Assembly: GCA_964600345.1 (NCBI GenBank)
Contig: CAZRKA010000001.1
Coordinates: 1-52,191 of the forward strand
Direction of reading: 5' to 3'
From: an uncultured Chitinophaga sp.
GTDB lineage: Bacteria; Bacteroidota; Bacteroidia; NS11-12g; UBA955
DNA length: 52,191 bases
Positions 49,113-52,191 of this stretch are shown here, in pieces. Every line of letters begins with the position of its first letter. Positions within the stretch are counted from its first letter, which is position 1. Position numbers and translations under genes: made by a program. The notes under the pieces are model-generated. The model was given only the letters and a program-made list of their open reading frames with translations, searched no databases and had not been told where the DNA came from.

Positions 49113-50678
49113 ATGCCAATCAGAGTAGTAAAAGACGATGACAGTCCCTCACAACCCGATTTACCATCAGGAAGAGGCGGACGAGGCGGGTCGGGTGGAT
49201 TCAATCTCGGTTCGCTCTTACCCGTTCTGATCGGTCTTTTTTCGAAGCGGCCAAAGTTGTTGATACTTCTGATAATTGCAGCAGCCGTTTTTTATTTCTT
49301 GAAGGGCGGTTTCAACAACGGGAATATTGTTCAGGCGGTTCAGAGCAATCTAAGCAGGGGTGCTGAACTGGATCCTCAGAAGTTTGATGAAACAGAAGTC
49401 TTTGAATCGCTCGATGATGAAGTAAATTTATTGCCCGAAAGAGTTAGTCTGGAGGCTTATTGTCCGCCGAGACTTAATCAGGGGCAGCAGGGCAGTTGTG
49501 TGGCCTGGAGTCATGCTTATGCAGCAAGATCTATTATGCATGCTCTGCAAACCGGTGCAAGACCGGAAGACTGCACTTTCAGTCCCTCTTTTTTATACAA
49601 TCAAATCAGTCTGGAAGGCTGTCAGGGTTCGTACATACCACTTGCCATGGAGAAGATGAGCGAACAGGGGCTGGTGCCGTTTGAAGATTTTCCTTACGAC
49701 GAAAGTGATTGCAGCCGAAAGCCCGGAGAACAGCTGAAGCAAAAAGCTGCTGCATTTAAGATTAAAGGTTTTCAGCGATTGACATACGGAGATGAAAGTG
49801 GTTTCAACAACGAGAGAATTAATCTAAGAGCCATCAGGCAAAATCTCGCCCAGAATGCACCTGTGACAATCGGCATGATGGTTGGCGGAACATTTATGAG
49901 TGATATGAGCGGACGTGATGTCTGGATACCTGATGAATCCGACTATGATATGCAGAGGTTCGGCGGCCATGCCATGTGTGTTATCGGATACGACGATTAC
50001 AAGGAAGGCGGCGCTTTTCAGATAATGAACAGCTGGGGACCTGAGTGGGGTAAGAACGGAATTGCCTGGGTGAGATACAAGGATTTTGAATTCTTTACGC
50101 GTGAGGCTTATGGACTTTATCCGATGGGGAAAACCGGAGACAAGAAATTTGAAGCAGGACATCTTCAGGCCGGTTTCGGATTATGGGATGCCGAAAACAA
50201 AACCGAAATTCCGCTTGTCAAAACCGGCAATATGAGGTTCAGGTCTGAATCAACACTTAAGAAAGGTCTGTCAAAATTTAAAATTAAAGTTAGCAATGAT
50301 GCGGAGTGCTATACTTATGTATACGGACTTGAAACGGATAATACCGTCTCGGCGCTTTTTCCATATACACTCAAGCATTCGCCTTACTGCCGCATCATGG
50401 GAACCAGATTATTTCCGAAGGATCACAGCCTGCAGCCCGACGAAACAGGCACTTTAGACGAGTTTGTGATAATTGTGAGCAAACAGCCGATAGATTACAT
50501 TGCATGCAAGACACGCATGAGTTCGGCCTCAGGTAGTCTGGAACAAAAAATTAAAACTGTATTCGGAAAGTTTGTGGCTGATGTTAATTTTACAACGGGC
50601 AATGGTCTGAACTTTGAAATTGACAATGCAGCAGCAAATACAATAGTTGCCATGATAATAGAAATACCAAAACAATAA
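49113..50678 (+). CDS. Membrane-anchored papain-like (C1) cysteine peptidase with C-terminal DUF4384-like domain
   Basis: A Gly/Arg-rich N-tail and hydrophobic anchor (GRGGRGGSGGFNLGSLLPVLIGLF...LILLIIAAAVFYFL). Catalytic Cys box QGQQGSCVAWS, His box GGHAMCVIGYDD and NSWGPEWG. The C-terminal 170 aa or so (KIKVSNDAECYTYVYGLETDN..ALFPY..DEFVIIVSKQPIDY) fits my memory of the DUF4384 pattern. Confidence 0.85.
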   Translation: MPIRVVKDDDSPSQPDLPSGRGGRGGSGGFNLGSLLPVLIGLFSKRPKLLILLIIAAAVFYFLKGGFNNGNIVQAVQSNLSRGAELDPQKFDETEVFESLDDEVNLLPERVSLEAYCPPRLNQGQQGSCVAWSHAYAARSIMHALQTGARPEDCTFSPSFLYNQISLEGCQGSYIPLAMEKMSEQGLVPFEDFPYDESDCSRKPGEQLKQKAAAFKIKGFQRLTYGDESGFNNERINLRAIRQNLAQNAPVTIGMMVGGTFMSDMSGRDVWIPDESDYDMQRFGGHAMCVIGYDDYKEGGAFQIMNSWGPEWGKNGIAWVRYKDFEFFTREAYGLYPMGKTGDKKFEAGHLQAGFGLWDAENKTEIPLVKTGNMRFRSESTLKKGLSKFKIKVSNDAECYTYVYGLETDNTVSALFPYTLKHSPYCRIMGTRLFPKDHSLQPDETGTLDEFVIIVSKQPIDYIACKTRMSSASGSLEQKIKTVFGKFVADVNFTTGNGLNFEIDNAAANTIVAMIIEIPKQ

Positions 50679-50693
50679 AAAATCAAACAGAAT

Positions 50694-51209
50694 ATGTTGT
50701 CCAAAAAAATTGAAAAAGCACTTAACGGCCAGATAGAGCTCGAAGCACAATCTTCAAATTACTATCTTGCCATGGCATCCTGGGCTGAAGCCGAGGGTCT
50801 GAACGGAGCCGCAGAGTTTCTTTATACACACAGTGATGAAGAAAGAGTGCACATGGTTAAACTCGTAAGATTCATAAACGAAAGAGGCGGTAAAGCAATT
50901 GTTCCCGCGCTAAAAGAACCGGCATCGCGTTTCAAATCTCTTACAGAAGTATTTGATATCATACTTAAACATGAAATTATGGTGACCTCCGAAATCAATA
51001 AGGTTGTAGATATCTGCCTTTCTGAAAAGGATTATACCACTCACAATTTTATGCAGTGGTATGTTGCCGAACAGCTTGAAGAAGAAGCGCTGGCCAAGCA
51101 TTATGTCGACAAACTGAGACTGATAGGAGGCGACAAGGGCAATATGTACCTTTTCGACAGGGAACTCAGCACGGCAGCGGCTACCAAACCTGCACCAAAA
51201 GGCAAGTAA
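50694..51209 (+). CDS. Non-haem ferritin
   Basis: Ferritin-like four-helix signature (LNGQIELEAQSSNYYLAMASW ... SDEERVHMVKLVRFINERGG ... HEIMVTSEIN ... NFMQWYVAEQLEEE). Confidence 0.9.
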   Translation: MLSKKIEKALNGQIELEAQSSNYYLAMASWAEAEGLNGAAEFLYTHSDEERVHMVKLVRFINERGGKAIVPALKEPASRFKSLTEVFDIILKHEIMVTSEINKVVDICLSEKDYTTHNFMQWYVAEQLEEEALAKHYVDKLRLIGGDKGNMYLFDRELSTAAATKPAPKGK

Positions 51210-51221
51210 ACTGTATTTTTC

Positions 51222-51587
51222 ATGTACAGAAAAGGTATTATCATCTATTTGGTTTTTGTTGCCGGAATCATATCCTGCAGCAAGAAGAAACTGGAGGAGA
51301 AAGCATACGAACCATCTGTCATGAACAAGTTTTTTGAGGATTATATTCTCAATAAGGACATCAGTGTGTCAATAGCTAAATATGAAGGCAGGGACACGAG
51401 TGCGATGTATGCGGGTTACAGTTTCAAACTGCTCAGGAATACTTATTATGACGGTCCTTTTGAAGCGCGTGTCAATGGTGTCTTATACACCGGCACCTGG
51501 CAATGCAACGAAGATTACAGCAAGCTTACATTGAACATAAGCGGAACCGGTGCGCTCGACTGGGTAAAATTAAACTGGAAGTATTGA
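51222..51587 (+). CDS. Small lipoprotein, function unknown
   Basis: Lipobox signal (IYLVFVAGIISC). 121 aa with no recognised motif. Starts 12 nt after the ferritin stop. Confidence 0.55.
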   Translation: MYRKGIIIYLVFVAGIISCSKKKLEEKAYEPSVMNKFFEDYILNKDISVSIAKYEGRDTSAMYAGYSFKLLRNTYYDGPFEARVNGVLYTGTWQCNEDYSKLTLNISGTGALDWVKLNWKY

Positions 51588-51748
51588 AGCTATCTCAAAT
51601 GTACCTGTTTCGTATTTTCGGCATCTTTTTCATTTATCCTTCGTTACTCTCATTACCCAGACTTACTTCCGGTATGGGTTACTTCGAGTGCCTCGTCTAA
51701 ATGAAAAATACTTGAAAATCCGCTAAAATCTACTTTTGAGATAGCTTC
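51586..51748. repeat. 163-nt imperfect palindrome (long hairpin); candidate small RNA or MITE-like element
   Basis: Outer arms GAAGCTATCTCAAATGTA (51586-51603) and TACTTTTGAGATAGCTTC (51731-51748) pair at 17 of 18 positions. Inner pairing includes TTTTTCATTTA (51626-51636) with TAAATGAAAAA (51698-51708), and apex ACCCA (51655-51659) with TGGGT (51675-51679). All are centred on about 51667. Confidence 0.6.
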
Positions 51749-51851
51749 TTAAAGCAAGTCCACGAGCAGCCTCGAACTGATTCCCTGGTTTAATACCGAC
51801 GGCGACAGATACCTTAAGTTCGTAAAGTAGTATATTCCCTGCTTAGGTAAA

Positions 51852-51874
51852 GGTATTAGTTTAATGCAAATACC
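51852..51874 (-). terminator. Weak hairpin immediately downstream of bcp
   Basis: GGTATT / AATACC 6-bp stem with an 11-nt loop, 3 nt past the bcp stop on the minus strand. AT-rich with a poor U-tract. Confidence 0.25.
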
Positions 51875-51876
51875 GT

Positions 51877-52191
51877 TTAAAGAATCTGAGCGCTGTGTGC
51901 TTTGGTGTCGACCTTTTCAATAATCTCTTCTATTTTGCCTTTTTCGTCAATTATAAAAGAGGTTCTGATTACACCCATATACTTGCGTCCGAACAGAGTT
52001 TTTTCGCCCCAGACGCCAAATTTTCCGGCAATCTTATTATCTGTATCTGCCAGCAAATCAAATGGAAGTTTATATTTGGCTATAAATTTCTTATGTCTGA
52101 TTTCACTATCCGGACTAACGCCCAGCAGTGCATATCCGGCTTTGAGAAACTTTTTGTAATTATCTCTCAGGTCGCATGCCTCGGCAGTACA
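51877..52191 (-). CDS. bcp: Thiol peroxidase Bcp (peroxiredoxin Q), C-terminal 104 aa; 5' end lies outside the window
   Basis: The reverse frame reads CTAEACDLRDNYKKFLKAGYALLGVSPDS...KFGVWGEKTLFGRKYMGVIRTSFIIDEKGKIEEI...AQIL, with the stop at 51877-51879. It includes the Bcp CxxxxC and FGVWGEK signatures. It is missing from the ORF track because no start codon lies in the window. Confidence 0.85.
   Translation of the reverse strand, partial: CTAEACDLRDNYKKFLKAGYALLGVSPDSEIRHKKFIAKYKLPFDLLADTDNKIAGKFGVWGEKTLFGRKYMGVIRTSFIIDEKGKIEEIIEKVDTKAHSAQIL

Noticed and set aside
51503-51700. A 65-aa plus-strand ORF overlapping the 3' end of the lipoprotein gene and the long hairpin
   Set aside because: It is out of frame with the real gene and its product is hydrophobic low-complexity sequence. 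The open frame is explained by the AT-rich palindrome.
51586-51748. Reading the 18-nt inverted repeats as the boundaries of an invertible promoter (a Bacteroidales-style DNA switch)
   Set aside because: The interior is itself palindromic, not a unique promoter-bearing segment. Both flanking genes point into the element, so inversion would drive nothing. No recombinase gene is nearby. It is kept as a hairpin/sRNA/MITE candidate instead.
1-52191. A search for tRNA, rRNA, CRISPR arrays, IS elements, integrases, toxin-antitoxin pairs or known defence genes
   Set aside because: I saw no T-loop/acceptor-like GTTCGAATC contexts, no regularly spaced direct repeats, and no transposase or recombinase-like ORFs. 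No small adjacent ORF pairs had toxin-antitoxin character. The PKD and TPR repeats exist at the protein level only, and their DNA copies are diverged.

Overview
About 52 kb of densely packed chromosome, most likely from a member of the Bacteroidota. The phylum call is an inference from three things: two cargo proteins end in T9SS-type C-terminal sorting domains, exact TAnnTTTG -7 boxes sit a few to about 40 nt upstream of many start codons with no Shine-Dalgarno-like leaders, and the synteny is typical (dut/TPR/DUF4292-like/EnvC-like and miaB/sigma-54 activator/lptE/secG). I call 51 CDS, two of them truncated at the window edges. I found no rRNA, tRNA, CRISPR array, transposase or integrase. 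Content is mainly core housekeeping: tRNA modification (tilS, miaB, mnmA), translation (asnS, hflX, an rRNA m5C methyltransferase), cofactor synthesis (panB, thiL, NifU-like), redox and iron proteins (glutathione peroxidase, ferritin, Bcp, flavin reductase), envelope biogenesis (EnvC-like M23, flippase, LptE, OstA-like, SecG, OmpA-family, and an ArnT-like three-gene glycosylation module), plus rpoN and one sigma-54 activator. I do not see a clear, self-contained novel multi-gene system. The most unusual items are: (1) a 163-nt almost continuous hairpin in a 289-nt gap between convergent genes, which could be a small RNA or a MITE; (2) a membrane-anchored papain-like peptidase fused to a DUF4384-like domain, tightly arrayed after rpoN with ferritin and a small lipoprotein; (3) an orphan 399-aa ORF behind a 359-nt AT-rich spacer; (4) a translationally coupled pair of unknown genes (membrane protein plus secreted protein) whose 5' end collides with hflX; (5) a sigma-54 activator with no sensor domain inside the miaB-lptE-secG cluster; (6) a roughly 60-80 aa coiled-coil insertion in AsnRS. 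All functional calls come from motifs read by eye in the translated ORFs. No database search was run.
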